NCBI GenBank assembly: GCA_050944475.1 | Contig: JBMNRD010000001.1 | Coordinates: forward strand, 498,984 to 530,983 | Origin: Lachnospiraceae bacterium | GTDB taxonomy: Bacteria; Bacillota; Clostridia; Lachnospirales; Lachnospiraceae | Direction of reading: 5' to 3' | Length of the DNA stretch: 32,000 nucleotides | Part shown: positions 9,047 through 20,688 of the stretch, piece after piece | Layout: the number at the start of each line of letters is the position of its first letter | Position numbering within the stretch: the stretch's first letter is position 1 | Program-made: the position numbers and the translations under genes | Notes under the pieces: model-generated | What the model saw: the letters and a program-made list of their open reading frames with translations, nothing else | What the model was told of the DNA's origin: nothing | The model's database searches: none

Positions 9047-10813
9047 TTAGTCCTCCTCGTAATTGATGTTGTTAATCTGCCTTGTCAGTTCATCTAAAAT
9101 CTTTTCATATTCTTCCTTAATCCGGTCGTGAACCACATATTTAAAGCGACCGATTTTTTCTCTGACCTCAAGGCCTACAACATCATTAATGGCTGCCCCC
9201 TTGTCCAAAGCCTCCAGGGCCATGTCATAATACGCCAGAATCAGCTTCATCATCATAAACTGCTTATCCAGTTCCGAATACGTGTCTATCTCATGGAACG
9301 AGTTCTGATGGAGAAAGTCCTCACGTATTGAGCGTGCCACCTCCAGTTTCAATCGGTCCGGCGCAGACAGTACATCCATTCCTACCAGCTGAACAATCTC
9401 TTCAAGAGCAGCTTCATCACTGAGAAGTCTTACCATTTTTGCCCTGCATTCCATCCATTGGCCGCCGACTTCCTCATCGAACCATTTGCCCATGTCGTCA
9501 ACATACAGTGAATAGCTGGTTAACCAGTTAATGGCGGGAAAATGCCTCTTATAAGCAAGATTGGAGTCCAGTCCCCAGAATACCTTGACGATTCGCAGGG
9601 TTGCCTGTGAAACCGGTTCGGAAAAGTCTCCGCCCGGAGGTGAAACCGCGCCGATGACCGACAATGTTCCTTCCCTCGGATTAAGACCGTTTGAAATAAC
9701 TCTTCCCGCACGCTCATAAAACTGAGCAAGACGGCTTGCGAGATAGGCGGGATATCCTTCTTCACCCGGCATCTCCTCAAGGCGTCCCGACATTTCCCTT
9801 AAGGCCTCCGCCCATCGGGATGTAGAGTCTGCCATCAAAGCAACCGAGAAGCCCATGTCCCTGAAATACTCCGCAATTGTAATCCCCACATAGACCGATG
9901 CCTCACGAGCCGCAACCGGCATGTCCGATGTATTGGCAATGAGCACTGTTCTTTCCATCAGGGATTGTCCGGTCTTCGGATCTTTCAATTCGGGGAATTC
10001 ATTTAAAACATCCGTCATCTCGTTTCCACGCTCGCCGCAACCGATATAGACTACTATGTCCGCCTCTGCCCATTTTGCCAACTGGTGCTGGGTTACGGTC
10101 TTTCCCGAACCGAAGGGTCCCGGAATGGCGGCCGTGCCTCCCTGTGCTATCGGGAACAACGCATCGATAACCCTTTGCCCCGTAATCAACGGTTTTATCG
10201 GGGGAAGTTTTTCCTTGTAAGGACGACCCAAACGTACAGGCCATTTCTGAAGCATGGATATCTCTCTTTTTTCCCCATCCTCAGTTTCAACCACGGCAAC
10301 GGTTTCCTCAATGGTAAACTCTCCTCCTTGAATAGAAGTAATTGTTCCCTTTATTCCATTGGGGACCATTATCTTCTGCTCAACAACAAGAGTCTCCTTA
10401 ACGGTGCCGATAATGTCGCCGCCCTCCACCATGTCCCCGACTGCCGCAACGGGAACAAACTCCCATACCTTTTCCCTGTCAAGGGACGGCACTTCCACTC
10501 CGCGGGTAAGATTATTTCCGGTCATGTCCATAATCTTTACCAGAGGTCTTTGGATTCCGTCGAATATGCTTCCAATAAGTCCCGGTCCCAGATCAACGCT
10601 CAACGGAGCGCCGGTTGATTCAACGGGTGCTCCGGGCCCCAAGCCGGAAGTTTCTTCATAAACCTGAATTGAGGCTTCGTCGCCGTGGATTTCGATAATC
10701 TCACCGATTAGCCTCTGTTCGCTTACACGCACTACGTCAAACATATTGGCATCTCTCATGCCCGAAGCGATAACAAGGGGTCCGGCAACTTTCTTAATTG
10801 TACCTAAGCTCAT
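9047..10813 (-). CDS. atpA: V/A-type ATP synthase catalytic subunit A
   Basis: [13 protein letters not shown].., Walker [23 protein letters not shown] and [10 protein letters not shown] prefer the ATG at 10813 (MSLGTIKK). The tracked ORF starts at a TTG at 10825 that has no RBS spacing. Confidence 0.93.
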   Translation of the reverse strand: MSLGTIKKVAGPLVIASGMRDANMFDVVRVSEQRLIGEIIEIHGDEASIQVYEETSGLGPGAPVESTGAPLSVDLGPGLIGSIFDGIQRPLVKIMDMTGNNLTRGVEVPSLDREKVWEFVPVAAVGDMVEGGDIIGTVKETLVVEQKIMVPNGIKGTITSIQGGEFTIEETVAVVETEDGEKREISMLQKWPVRLGRPYKEKLPPIKPLITGQRVIDALFPIAQGGTAAIPGPFGSGKTVTQHQLAKWAEADIVVYIGCGERGNEMTDVLNEFPELKDPKTGQSLMERTVLIANTSDMPVAAREASVYVGITIAEYFRDMGFSVALMADSTSRWAEALREMSGRLEEMPGEEGYPAYLASRLAQFYERAGRVISNGLNPREGTLSVIGAVSPPGGDFSEPVSQATLRIVKVFWGLDSNLAYKRHFPAINWLTSYSLYVDDMGKWFDEEVGGQWMECRAKMVRLLSDEAALEEIVQLVGMDVLSAPDRLKLEVARSIREDFLHQNSFHEIDTYSELDKQFMMMKLILAYYDMALEALDKGAAINDVVGLEVREKIGRFKYVVHDRIKEEYEKILDELTRQINNINYEED

Positions 10814-10848
10814 AGTTTGTACCAAGCCTTTCTAAAGTTACTCATCTG

Positions 10849-11169
10849 CTAATTCTCATTGCTGAAAATATCTGTGCCTACCGCCTTGACAACCAGCCTC
10901 CTGGCTGCTTCCATTCCCAGGCCGGTGTTTCCGGTGGCTCCGGGAATAGGGACAATGGCAGGCAGTCTTTGTTTCTTAAATTTTTCTATGTCATCTATAA
11001 TATCCCCGTATAATTCTTCGGTAATATAGATTATTGCATAATCCGTATATGCCAGTTTTTTTAATGTATCTGCCCCTTCGTCGGCATTTGATACCGGATA
11101 GGTTTCGAGGCCAAGGGTCGCAAATCCGTATATACTGTCCCTGTCTCCAAGTACTGCTATTTTATACAT
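10849..11169 (-). CDS. atpF: V/A-type ATP synthase subunit F
   Basis: 106 aa. MYKIAVLGDRDSIYGFATLG.. is a typical subunit F N-terminus. Overlaps the subunit C stop by 8 nt. Confidence 0.85.
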   Translation of the reverse strand: MYKIAVLGDRDSIYGFATLGLETYPVSNADEGADTLKKLAYTDYAIIYITEELYGDIIDDIEKFKKQRLPAIVPIPGATGNTGLGMEAARRLVVKAVGTDIFSNEN

Positions 11170-12145
11170 AACTTATCCTCACCCTTTCCTTGATTTTCTC
11201 CTCCGGCAATTCGTTCGCCTTTCCGGATAAAATAATCCTGACGGATTTGATTTCGTTTTCCCTTGCAATCATATACGCAATCACCGGCGAAATAGTAAAA
11301 GCATTATACTTCTCCGGCTTAATCAGTTTTATCATACGGTCGTCACACCATTTGTCGAAGGCGGCGCCTCCGGCTTTAAGCGCCGGCACCGCATCTGAAT
11401 AATCGGTTTTCTCTAAATATTCATATATGGATTCTTCTCCGTTCCTTGCGGCACTGATAAGTGTCTGTATATTCAGGCTCTTGCACGGAACGAAGGCTCT
11501 TTCAAGAAATGTATTATCCTTCTTTGTCCTGCACGCCCTGACCGCAATATTAATATTGGCGGCGGCGCACTTTAATTCGGCATATTTTGCTAAAAGTTCA
11601 TTCCCGCTTTCGTTGCCCACATCATATGTCATCTTCAAAGATGCCCTGTCAATGATGATGTCACATAATTGAGGGTCGCCTGACTGGAACAAAACTTCCC
11701 GGGCTTCTCTCCCGCAGACTTCAAGGTAATCCGGCAATTTAGCAAATTCATTTTCTGCGGCGCATTTCCGTATGGTTTCAACCGGAACAGTTCCGTTTTT
11801 CTTATATACATTCGGAACCTCTTTCCGGATATACGCTTCCTTGATTGCCGCCTTCAAATTATGAAAATCAGAGACATATCTGAAAATATCAAATGCGCAC
11901 ATCTGCTTCTCATCGAAGAGTTCCCGCATCAGACTCCAGGTTTTTTCACTTTCCGTTGTCAGCAGCTCTTCGATTGAAGTGTCGTTTGCGGGTCCCCAGC
12001 CTTTGTCTACAAGAGACTGGAAGCATTCTTCGTAGGTCCGGCATGCCAGCAGATTCGTCAACGCCTGATCGCTTAGAAGGGAGGTCTCTTTTGCCCGTAT
12101 ACGTGCCACGGCAAAGGTAAACATTTCATTGTTGGGAAACTCCAT
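11162..12145 (-). CDS. atpC: V/A-type ATP synthase subunit C (eukaryotic d-like)
   Basis: 327 aa helical protein in the canonical position between E and F. F.YA..RIRA.E..LL N-terminal motif. Confidence 0.85.
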   Translation of the reverse strand: MEFPNNEMFTFAVARIRAKETSLLSDQALTNLLACRTYEECFQSLVDKGWGPANDTSIEELLTTESEKTWSLMRELFDEKQMCAFDIFRYVSDFHNLKAAIKEAYIRKEVPNVYKKNGTVPVETIRKCAAENEFAKLPDYLEVCGREAREVLFQSGDPQLCDIIIDRASLKMTYDVGNESGNELLAKYAELKCAAANINIAVRACRTKKDNTFLERAFVPCKSLNIQTLISAARNGEESIYEYLEKTDYSDAVPALKAGGAAFDKWCDDRMIKLIKPEKYNAFTISPVIAYMIARENEIKSVRIILSGKANELPEEKIKERVRISYV

Positions 12146-12163
12146 AAACTTGCTCCTTTCTTC

Positions 12164-12754
12164 TTAATCAAACAGTATCCGACTTATTTTGTCCCGAAGG
12201 GTTTCAGCCGATGCGTCAAGCAATGCTTCAAATGAACAGTTCTCCTCTATATCCCCATAGTCCAGGATAAAGCCTCCGTTTATTGCCGCTCCCTGTCTTG
12301 ACACGACAAGTCGACATCTGTCGCCGATAGCCTCATTTATTCTGCTCTCAAAATCTTCCGGCATTCTTTCCAGATCGTAAGCATTGAACCTGATTGTCCC
12401 GTCTCCGGCTTCTGCGTATCTTTTTACCATTCTTAGGATAATGTCAAAATACTCCTCGGCTTTCATTGCCTGAATCTTCTTCAGGGCACTATCCATTACC
12501 TCGCTGATTATGGCCTGCTTAGAATTTAAAATGTGGCGCTTTTGCGCCATGCCGGCTTCAGATTGCACCTTTTTCTCGGCAGAAAGGACATCGGCCTCTC
12601 CCTGCTTTCTTATGGTTGCTTCCTTTGCAAGCGCATTTTTTTTGCCTTCCTCTAATATCTTTGCCGCTTCAGCAGTGGCATTTTCCTTTATTTGGGCGGC
12701 AGTTCCGGCGGCAGATGACTCAATGTGCTCAATTATTTTATCAAGTCCGCTCAT
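12164..12754 (-). CDS. atpE: V/A-type ATP synthase subunit E (peripheral stalk)
   Basis: 196 aa. Charged coiled-coil N-terminus (..AAEAAKILEEGKKNALAKEA..) with a globular C-terminus. Position between K and C. Confidence 0.85.
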   Translation of the reverse strand: MSGLDKIIEHIESSAAGTAAQIKENATAEAAKILEEGKKNALAKEATIRKQGEADVLSAEKKVQSEAGMAQKRHILNSKQAIISEVMDSALKKIQAMKAEEYFDIILRMVKRYAEAGDGTIRFNAYDLERMPEDFESRINEAIGDRCRLVVSRQGAAINGGFILDYGDIEENCSFEALLDASAETLRDKISRILFD

Positions 12755-12768
12755 GTTTATCTCCTTTT

Positions 12769-15298
<2,530 letters not shown>

Positions 15299-15356
15299 AA
15301 GATTTCCTCCTTTGATTATCTCTCCTGAGCGGGCACCCGGCCCTTCCGATGAAATC

Positions 15357-15665
15357 TCAGGTAATCTCGGCAATGACCAGATCTACTGCCCGGTCCTTTT
15401 TTTCTTCGATTCCCACCTGATACTGGGCAATAATTGACATGGCCCTTCTTCTGGCAGCTTCCAAGGAATCATCCCTCGTTAACGCAACCTTTTCTACCGC
15501 ATCCTTAACATCAGTCGTTGCCTTTGTTAAAATGCTCTTTGAAGCCTCTTCGCTTTGGGAAATTGCTTTCTCAATAAGCGCCTTACTGTCAGACTCGGCT
15601 TCCTTTACAATTCGTTGAGCCTTCTTTTCGGCTTCTCTTATTCTATCAATTGTTTTTTGTGCCAT
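15357..15665 (-). CDS. V/A-type ATP synthase small stalk subunit (G/H-like)
   Basis: 102 aa, all charged helix (MAQKTIDRIREAEKKAQRIVKEAE..). First gene of the operon. GGAGGTG RBS. Confidence 0.6.
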   Translation of the reverse strand: MAQKTIDRIREAEKKAQRIVKEAESDSKALIEKAISQSEEASKSILTKATTDVKDAVEKVALTRDDSLEAARRRAMSIIAQYQVGIEEKKDRAVDLVIAEIT

Positions 15666-15679
15666 TTTTGCACCTCCGA

Positions 15680-16168
15680 TTACAGTTCCAACTCAATCTT
15701 TCTGCCTGTGGGTCGGTATTCAACAAACTCCACTCCCGCGGCTGTCAGCATCCTCTTGGATGCAATGACTCCGTCAGTATCCGCATATTTATCGCAAGCA
15801 TAGATAAGCTTCTTTATGCCTACCTGAATAATTGCCTTTGCACACTCGTTGCACGGGAATAAGGTTACGTAAATGGTTGTTCCCTCCAAGCTCCCGCCTC
15901 TGTAATTGAGAATGGCGTTCAGCTCACTATGGGTTGAATAAAAGTACTTGGAATGGTCAGGCGTATCGTCTGTCTTCCCCCACGGGAATTCATCATCCGA
16001 ACATCCGGTGGGAAACCCGTTATATCCCATTGAAAGAATCTTGTTGTCGGGACTGACTATGCATGCCCCCACCTGGGTTGACGGGTCCTTTGAACGCTGG
16101 GCCGATAGCTTTGCAATTCCCATGAAATATTCATCCCAACTGATATAATCCAAACGCTTACTGCTCAA
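15680..16168 (-). CDS. comEB: Deoxycytidylate (dCMP) deaminase, ComEB-like
   Basis: W.EYFM..A.L.A.RS.DP..QVGA, the HSELNA zinc/catalytic motif and PCNECAK.I. Confidence 0.85.
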   Translation of the reverse strand: MSSKRLDYISWDEYFMGIAKLSAQRSKDPSTQVGACIVSPDNKILSMGYNGFPTGCSDDEFPWGKTDDTPDHSKYFYSTHSELNAILNYRGGSLEGTTIYVTLFPCNECAKAIIQVGIKKLIYACDKYADTDGVIASKRMLTAAGVEFVEYRPTGRKIELEL

Positions 16169-16586
16169 GTTTGCTTATCCTCCTTTTATGGTTTTCCCCG
16201 TGGGAAAACGGTGTTTCCAAGAAAATGTCAAGCAGTTCCGTGGCTTTTTCCAAGCTCAGGACTCTGGCTCCCAGACAAAGAATATTGGCGTCATTATGTT
16301 GTCTTGTGGCGGCGGCGGAGAAATCCTCCGTAACCACTGCCGCCCTGATTCCGGGCACCTTGTTGGCCGCCATGGACATTCCTATCCCGGTTCCGCAAAT
16401 AAGAACTCCCATCTCAGCCTTGCCCTCTGCAACTGCTTTGGCAACTGCCTTTGCAAACTCGGGATAATCACATGATTCCGTACTATGGCATCCGTAATCG
16501 GAAATCTCATATCCCTTCTCTTCAAGGTGCCTTCCGAGTGCCAGCTTCATTTCATATCCTGCGTGATCACTTCCCATTGCTATCAT
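16158..16586 (-). CDS. rpiB: Ribose-5-phosphate isomerase B
   Basis: MIAMGSDHAGYE.K..L..HL...G.E..D.G, ICGTGIGMS.AANKV.GIRAA and RQHNDAN.L.LG.R. Confidence 0.9.
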   Translation of the reverse strand: MIAMGSDHAGYEMKLALGRHLEEKGYEISDYGCHSTESCDYPEFAKAVAKAVAEGKAEMGVLICGTGIGMSMAANKVPGIRAAVVTEDFSAAATRQHNDANILCLGARVLSLEKATELLDIFLETPFSHGENHKRRISKLEQ

Positions 16587-17050
16587 ATCAGAATGTCCTC
16601 TTCCTTTATTTTTTGAATCAGGCCATCCAGCAGCCTGTCAATTGCCGTGCAGACAGCCTCATACTTTTCAATACCTTCTCCTATCGGCAGCCGCAATTCT
16701 CCGTTCTCGCCCATGTACTCCTTCAGCATAAATATGTTTGCAGGCCCGGCGCAGGTTGCGTAAACTCTGTTCCTGCTGATGCTGTCCATTGTCAGAATCA
16801 GCGTATCGTCTGCATAATCCTCCTCCTGAAGGGCGGCAGCGCTGTGATTTTCCAAAAAGACTCCCCGTGCCTTTGCAAGTTCGGCTATCCTCGGATTGAC
16901 CGGTTCCGGAAAAAGCACCGCCGTTCCTTTGGAATACGTGCTGATAGTGCTTCCCGTCTCCCGCAACTTCTTTTTGAACAGCCCTGCGGCGAAAGGACTC
17001 AGTCCGGTGTTATCTTCATCTATAAAAACTATTGTATTATATTTAATCAT
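16583..17050 (-). CDS. LMW-PTP / YwlE-like protein with a degenerate active site (probable pseudophosphatase)
   Basis: 155 aa in the ywlE position between tsaC and rpiB. The fold-level pattern is kept (IVFI-DEDNTGLSP-FAAGLFKK.., ..LILTMD.., ..LKEY..). The C-X5-R P-loop (VCTGNTCRSP in YwlE) reads IDEDNTGLSP. The DP general-acid motif reads LP. Confidence 0.65.
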   Translation of the reverse strand: MIKYNTIVFIDEDNTGLSPFAAGLFKKKLRETGSTISTYSKGTAVLFPEPVNPRIAELAKARGVFLENHSAAALQEEDYADDTLILTMDSISRNRVYATCAGPANIFMLKEYMGENGELRLPIGEGIEKYEAVCTAIDRLLDGLIQKIKEEDILI

Positions 17051-17697
17051 GAAATGATACCCTTAATTTTATTTTCTATGCCAAGTTGTTTTCTTATCAT
17101 ATCTTCGGTGATTGTTCCCTCCCTGAAAACCTTTACTGCCCCGTCCCTGACTTCTATTACTGTTGACGGAACGCCTGTGCCGGATTCTCCGGAATCAATA
17201 ATCATGTCTATCGACCCAAGCAAATCCGCCGAAACCTCTTCCGCCGAAACCGGGCTGCGTTTACCTGAAAGATTTGCACTTGGTGCGGCAAGAGGTTTTC
17301 CTGTTCTCCTTATCAGTTCCCTTGCGGACCGGCTTGCAGGCATCCTGAGTCCAACCGTGTTTTTACCGGCGGTCACAATGTCCGGAACAAGGTCGCTCTT
17401 TTCGAGAATAACGGTCAATGCTCCCGGCCAGAATGCCTCCATTAGAGACCTGGCCTCCTCCGGCACATGTCCGGTAAGAAGTCCGACCTGCTCCATGTCG
17501 CTGATTAATATGCTAAGGGGCTTGCCCTCGTCACGCCCCTTTACCTCAAATATTCTTCGAATGGCTGTTTGATTGTCGTATACCGCTCCCAGTCCATACA
17601 CCGTATCCGTTGAAAAAGCAACTGTTCCGCCCTTTTTTAAAATGCTTGCGGCCTTCTTAATATTACATGAAGATTCGGTTAAAATTATTGTTTTCAT
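17047..17697 (-). CDS. tsaC: L-threonylcarbamoyladenylate synthase (TsaC/YwlC/Sua5 family, short form)
   Basis: AA.IL.KGG.VAF.TDTVYGLGA.., .I..K.R...KPL..L., WPG.LT.IL, T.G.R.P and PSAN.SG..SP motifs. Confidence 0.88.
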   Translation of the reverse strand: MKTIILTESSCNIKKAASILKKGGTVAFSTDTVYGLGAVYDNQTAIRRIFEVKGRDEGKPLSILISDMEQVGLLTGHVPEEARSLMEAFWPGALTVILEKSDLVPDIVTAGKNTVGLRMPASRSARELIRRTGKPLAAPSANLSGKRSPVSAEEVSADLLGSIDMIIDSGESGTGVPSTVIEVRDGAVKVFREGTITEDMIRKQLGIENKIKGIIS

Positions 17698-17698
17698 G

Positions 17699-17727
17699 TT
17701 GAAAGTATATCATATCCGTGCTAAAAT
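17699..17727 (+). promoter_or_regulatory. Sigma-70-like promoter for the zinc-ribbon/lgt unit
   Basis: TTGAAA (17699-17704), a 17-nt spacer, then TAAAAT (17722-17727), about 30 nt upstream of the TTG start. Confidence 0.45.
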
Positions 17728-17758
17728 TCATCTATAATTTTAAAGGAGGTTATGTGTC

Positions 17759-18220
17759 TTGAAATTCTGTATACACTGTGGAACACAATTAGATGATGCT
17801 GCAAATTTTTGCACCAGTTGTGGTGCCAACCCCAACCCTGTTGACGTTGCGGCCACTACCCCTGAGGCGGGCGCTCCGGTAGGCGCCGAGCCTTCCTATG
17901 CAACTCCGGCTGCGAGCGAGCCGGTTCCTTCCTACGAGCAGTTTAATGCCCAGACTACCGAAAGATACAATCCTGTTAAGCCTATAATTACCTTGGCTTT
18001 GGGTATTGCTTCATTGTCACTTTGCTGGGCTTATGGAATCTTCGGTATAGGTTGTGGCATTGCGGGAATGATTCTTGCGGGTAAATGCGCCGTCTCTAAT
18101 CCGGGAAGCAAAATGGCTTCCGTAGGACGAAAGCTCTCGCTTGCGGGTATTATCATCAGTGCGGTATCTGCTGTTATCTGGCTGATTGTTTTAATTGTAT
18201 CGATAGCTGAAAACTACTAA
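17759..18220 (+). CDS. Zinc-ribbon / DUF4190-like small membrane protein
   Basis: CIHCG..(9)..CTSCG zinc ribbon, a Pro/Ala-rich linker, then two glycine-rich TM helices. The TTG start sits 9 nt after an AAAGGAGG RBS. Neighbouring ATG and GTG codons hit stops immediately. Confidence 0.6.
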   Translation: MKFCIHCGTQLDDAANFCTSCGANPNPVDVAATTPEAGAPVGAEPSYATPAASEPVPSYEQFNAQTTERYNPVKPIITLALGIASLSLCWAYGIFGIGCGIAGMILAGKCAVSNPGSKMASVGRKLSLAGIIISAVSAVIWLIVLIVSIAENY

Positions 18221-18231
18221 GCTGATGTGTT

Positions 18232-19050
18232 ATGTTTGAATTCCTGCGTAACACGATAGGATTCTATAGTTTAATTGCAATCATTGGGCTGCTGTCCGTG
18301 CTGGTCGTTCTTTTCATCTTTGCGAAGAAAAGAGGCCTGCCCGGATGGCAGCCTCTGACAATGGTTCTTTTTGCTATGGCGGGACTGCTTGTCGGCTCCC
18401 ACCTTTTGTATTTCATCGTGGGACTTCCCGACTGGATACCCAACTATGCGGGAAGGATTCATTCCTTCTCCGACTTGATTGTTGCCCTTGGGTACGGAGC
18501 CTCGGGAATGGTGTTCTATGGCGGACTGTTCGGGGCGTATCTGGGTATTATTGTTTTCTGCAAAATCTATAAGTTTTCCCCTCTTCCCGAACTGAACATG
18601 GCCACCGTGGTTTTTCCGCTGTTTCACTTCTTCGGAAGACTTGGTTGCTGGCTGAACGGCTGCTGTTACGGCATCGAATATCACGGCCCGCTGGCGGTTC
18701 ACTACGACTCGAGCTACATTGTCGAAGGAATCAGCGATGATATTGCGGACTTCCCGAGGTTTCCGGTTCAGGTGCTCGAGGCGGTTTTGGAGCTTGCCCT
18801 GTTTATTTTCCTGATAATTCTTTATAAGAAAGCAAAAGATAAATACTCTTTGACAAGCATTTATCTTTTGCTTTATAGCGTCATTCGTTTTCTTGATGAG
18901 TTCCTGAGAGGCGATGCAATACGTAAAATCTGGGGGCCTTTTTCCACATCCCAATGGATCAGCCTGTTTGTTTTTGCAGGCGTCCTTATCTATTTATTCA
19001 TCAAACAAAAAAAGACTCCCGGCAAGAAATTCTTCGAATGCTCTTTTTAG
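18232..19050 (+). CDS. lgt: Prolipoprotein diacylglyceryl transferase
   Basis: 272 aa polytopic protein. GGLFGAYLG and FGRLGCWLNGCCYG (clostridial variant of the Lgt GR.GN..N.E motif), plus a C-terminal R..DEF.RGD-type segment. Confidence 0.85.
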   Translation: MFEFLRNTIGFYSLIAIIGLLSVLVVLFIFAKKRGLPGWQPLTMVLFAMAGLLVGSHLLYFIVGLPDWIPNYAGRIHSFSDLIVALGYGASGMVFYGGLFGAYLGIIVFCKIYKFSPLPELNMATVVFPLFHFFGRLGCWLNGCCYGIEYHGPLAVHYDSSYIVEGISDDIADFPRFPVQVLEAVLELALFIFLIILYKKAKDKYSLTSIYLLLYSVIRFLDEFLRGDAIRKIWGPFSTSQWISLFVFAGVLIYLFIKQKKTPGKKFFECSF

Positions 19051-19070
19051 TTGTTTCAATACATTCTGTT

Positions 19071-19958
19071 TCAGCACGTTTTATTCCGGTGCAGTTTTTG
19101 CAGCACATCCGACAAGCGCGCGAACTCCTCCAATGTCAGGGTTTCGCCCCTGATTGTTTCACTTTTTCCGATTGCCTTTAGAGCCTGACAGACCTGTGCC
19201 TTGCTATAGCTTAAATTTCCGGCGTTTCCAAGAGCATTAACCACGGTTTTTCTTCTCTGTTCGAACGCCGCCCGAATTACCTTGAACAGCATCGCCGTGT
19301 CATCCACCTTCACCGGACGTTCCTCCGGCCTGTAAATATCCAGTTTAATTACCGCCGAATCTACGTCCGGTTTCGGATAAAAACAATGCTTTGAAACGTT
19401 CATGACAAGCTTTGGTCGGCTGTAATACTGTACCGCCAAAGACAATGCTCCGTAGGCCTTGCTGCCCGGGCCCTCTGTCATTCGCTGTGCAACTTCCTTC
19501 TGTACCGTTACGGTAATATCGGCGATATTATGTTCCTTCTCCAGCAGTTCCATTACGATTGGAGTTGTAATGTAATATGGCAAATTTGCAACGACCTTGA
19601 TAGGGTGGCCGTCATTTTCTTCTTCAATCAATTTGGCAATATCCACCTTCAAAATGTCATTGTTTATCAGATGGAGCTTATCATTTGAGCCCAAGGTGCC
19701 TTCCAAAACAGGAATCAGCATCTTATCAACCTCAACGGCAATTACCTTTGCTGCCCGTTCCAGCAAATGTCCTGTCAGCGCACCCATTCCGGGGCCGATT
19801 TCCAGGACGCAGTCCTCCGGCCCGACCTCGGCGGCATCCACGATTGCCGACAAGATATTGGTATCAATCAGGAAATTCTGACCGAGCTTTTTCTGAACGG
19901 CAAAACTGTGGCTTTTAATTAAGTCTATACATTGTGAGGGCGTTAGCTGTTGTGACAT
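19071..19958 (-). CDS. rsmA: 16S rRNA (adenine1518/1519-N6)-dimethyltransferase
   Basis: KKLGQNFL.D, the SAM-binding motif VLEIGPGMGALT, and NLPYYITTPI. The start overlaps the tatD 3' end by 44 nt. Confidence 0.92.
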   Translation of the reverse strand: MSQQLTPSQCIDLIKSHSFAVQKKLGQNFLIDTNILSAIVDAAEVGPEDCVLEIGPGMGALTGHLLERAAKVIAVEVDKMLIPVLEGTLGSNDKLHLINNDILKVDIAKLIEEENDGHPIKVVANLPYYITTPIVMELLEKEHNIADITVTVQKEVAQRMTEGPGSKAYGALSLAVQYYSRPKLVMNVSKHCFYPKPDVDSAVIKLDIYRPEERPVKVDDTAMLFKVIRAAFEQRRKTVVNALGNAGNLSYSKAQVCQALKAIGKSETIRGETLTLEEFARLSDVLQKLHRNKTC

Positions 19959-20688
19959 TTATTACTTCCTCTTTGCTGATCTTCTTTATCTCTGCGACGG
20001 CCTCTACGACGTAGCTAAGCAGTGTCGAATCATTTCTCTTTCCTCTGAACGGAGTCGGCGCAAGGTACGGGCAGTCGGTTTCCAAAAGAATCCTCTCAAG
20101 GGGCATATACTCCACAACCTCTTTCAATTTGCGGGCATTCTTGAAGGTCACCACACCGCCGACCCCTATATAAAAGCCCTGGTCTAAATAACTTCTTGCC
20201 ATTTCCTTTCCGTAGGCAAAGCAGTGCATTACACCGCCGGCAGCCCCGGCATTTTCCGCTGTAATAATGTCCAGCGTATCCTTGGCTGCATCGCGGCTGT
20301 GCAAAATCAGCGGAAGACCGGTCCTCTTGGCGAGGTCTATCTGAGCAGCAAACCACTTTTTCTGGCAAGATTTGTCTAAATTGTCATAGTGATAATCTAA
20401 ACCGATCTCTCCCACCGCCAGTATCTTCGGGTGATCCAGCGCCTCTTCTATCTCAGTGAAATTGTTGTTGTTCAGCTCTTTCACATAGGAAGGATGAACT
20501 CCCGCCGAACCGTATATAAAATTATATTTTTTCGTAAGCGCTGTAATCTTCGGAATGCTTCTTAAATTTGCCGCTACGTTCATGACATAACCCACACCAT
20601 TTGAAGAAAGACCGGCAAGCAACCGGTCTCTGTCTTTATCAAACGCAGAGTCGTCATAGTGGGCGTGACTGTCAAAAATCAGACTCAT
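19915..20688 (-). CDS. tatD: TatD-family metal-dependent hydrolase (YabD-like)
   Basis: FDSHAH.D, GVHP, A.GE.GLDY, HSR.A, H.F and ETD.PYL motifs. TAATG 1-nt overlap with the metG stop. Confidence 0.9.
   Translation of the reverse strand: MSLIFDSHAHYDDSAFDKDRDRLLAGLSSNGVGYVMNVAANLRSIPKITALTKKYNFIYGSAGVHPSYVKELNNNNFTEIEEALDHPKILAVGEIGLDYHYDNLDKSCQKKWFAAQIDLAKRTGLPLILHSRDAAKDTLDIITAENAGAAGGVMHCFAYGKEMARSYLDQGFYIGVGGVVTFKNARKLKEVVEYMPLERILLETDCPYLAPTPFRGKRNDSTLLSYVVEAVAEIKKISKEEVINVTTANALTMYRLN

Noticed and set aside
15299-15373. 25-codon upstream extension of the subunit I ORF, overlapping the G/H-like gene end
   Set aside because: The ATG at 15298 has a perfect AGGAGG RBS at correct spacing and gives a typical subunit I N-terminus. 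The extension would overlap the preceding gene by 17 nt and has no RBS.
16451-17572. Long (373 aa) plus-strand ORF antisense to rpiB, the ywlE-like gene and tsaC
   Set aside because: Its translation is Ser/Arg/Pro/Leu-rich with no recognisable motifs, RBS or promoter. The opposite strand encodes three well-supported, translationally coupled genes. It is most simply a shadow ORF caused by the sense-strand codon bias.
18271-18954. 227-aa minus-strand ORF antisense to lgt
   Set aside because: It lies entirely within the strongly supported lgt CDS. The product is basic and low-complexity with no motifs, and there are no expression signals.
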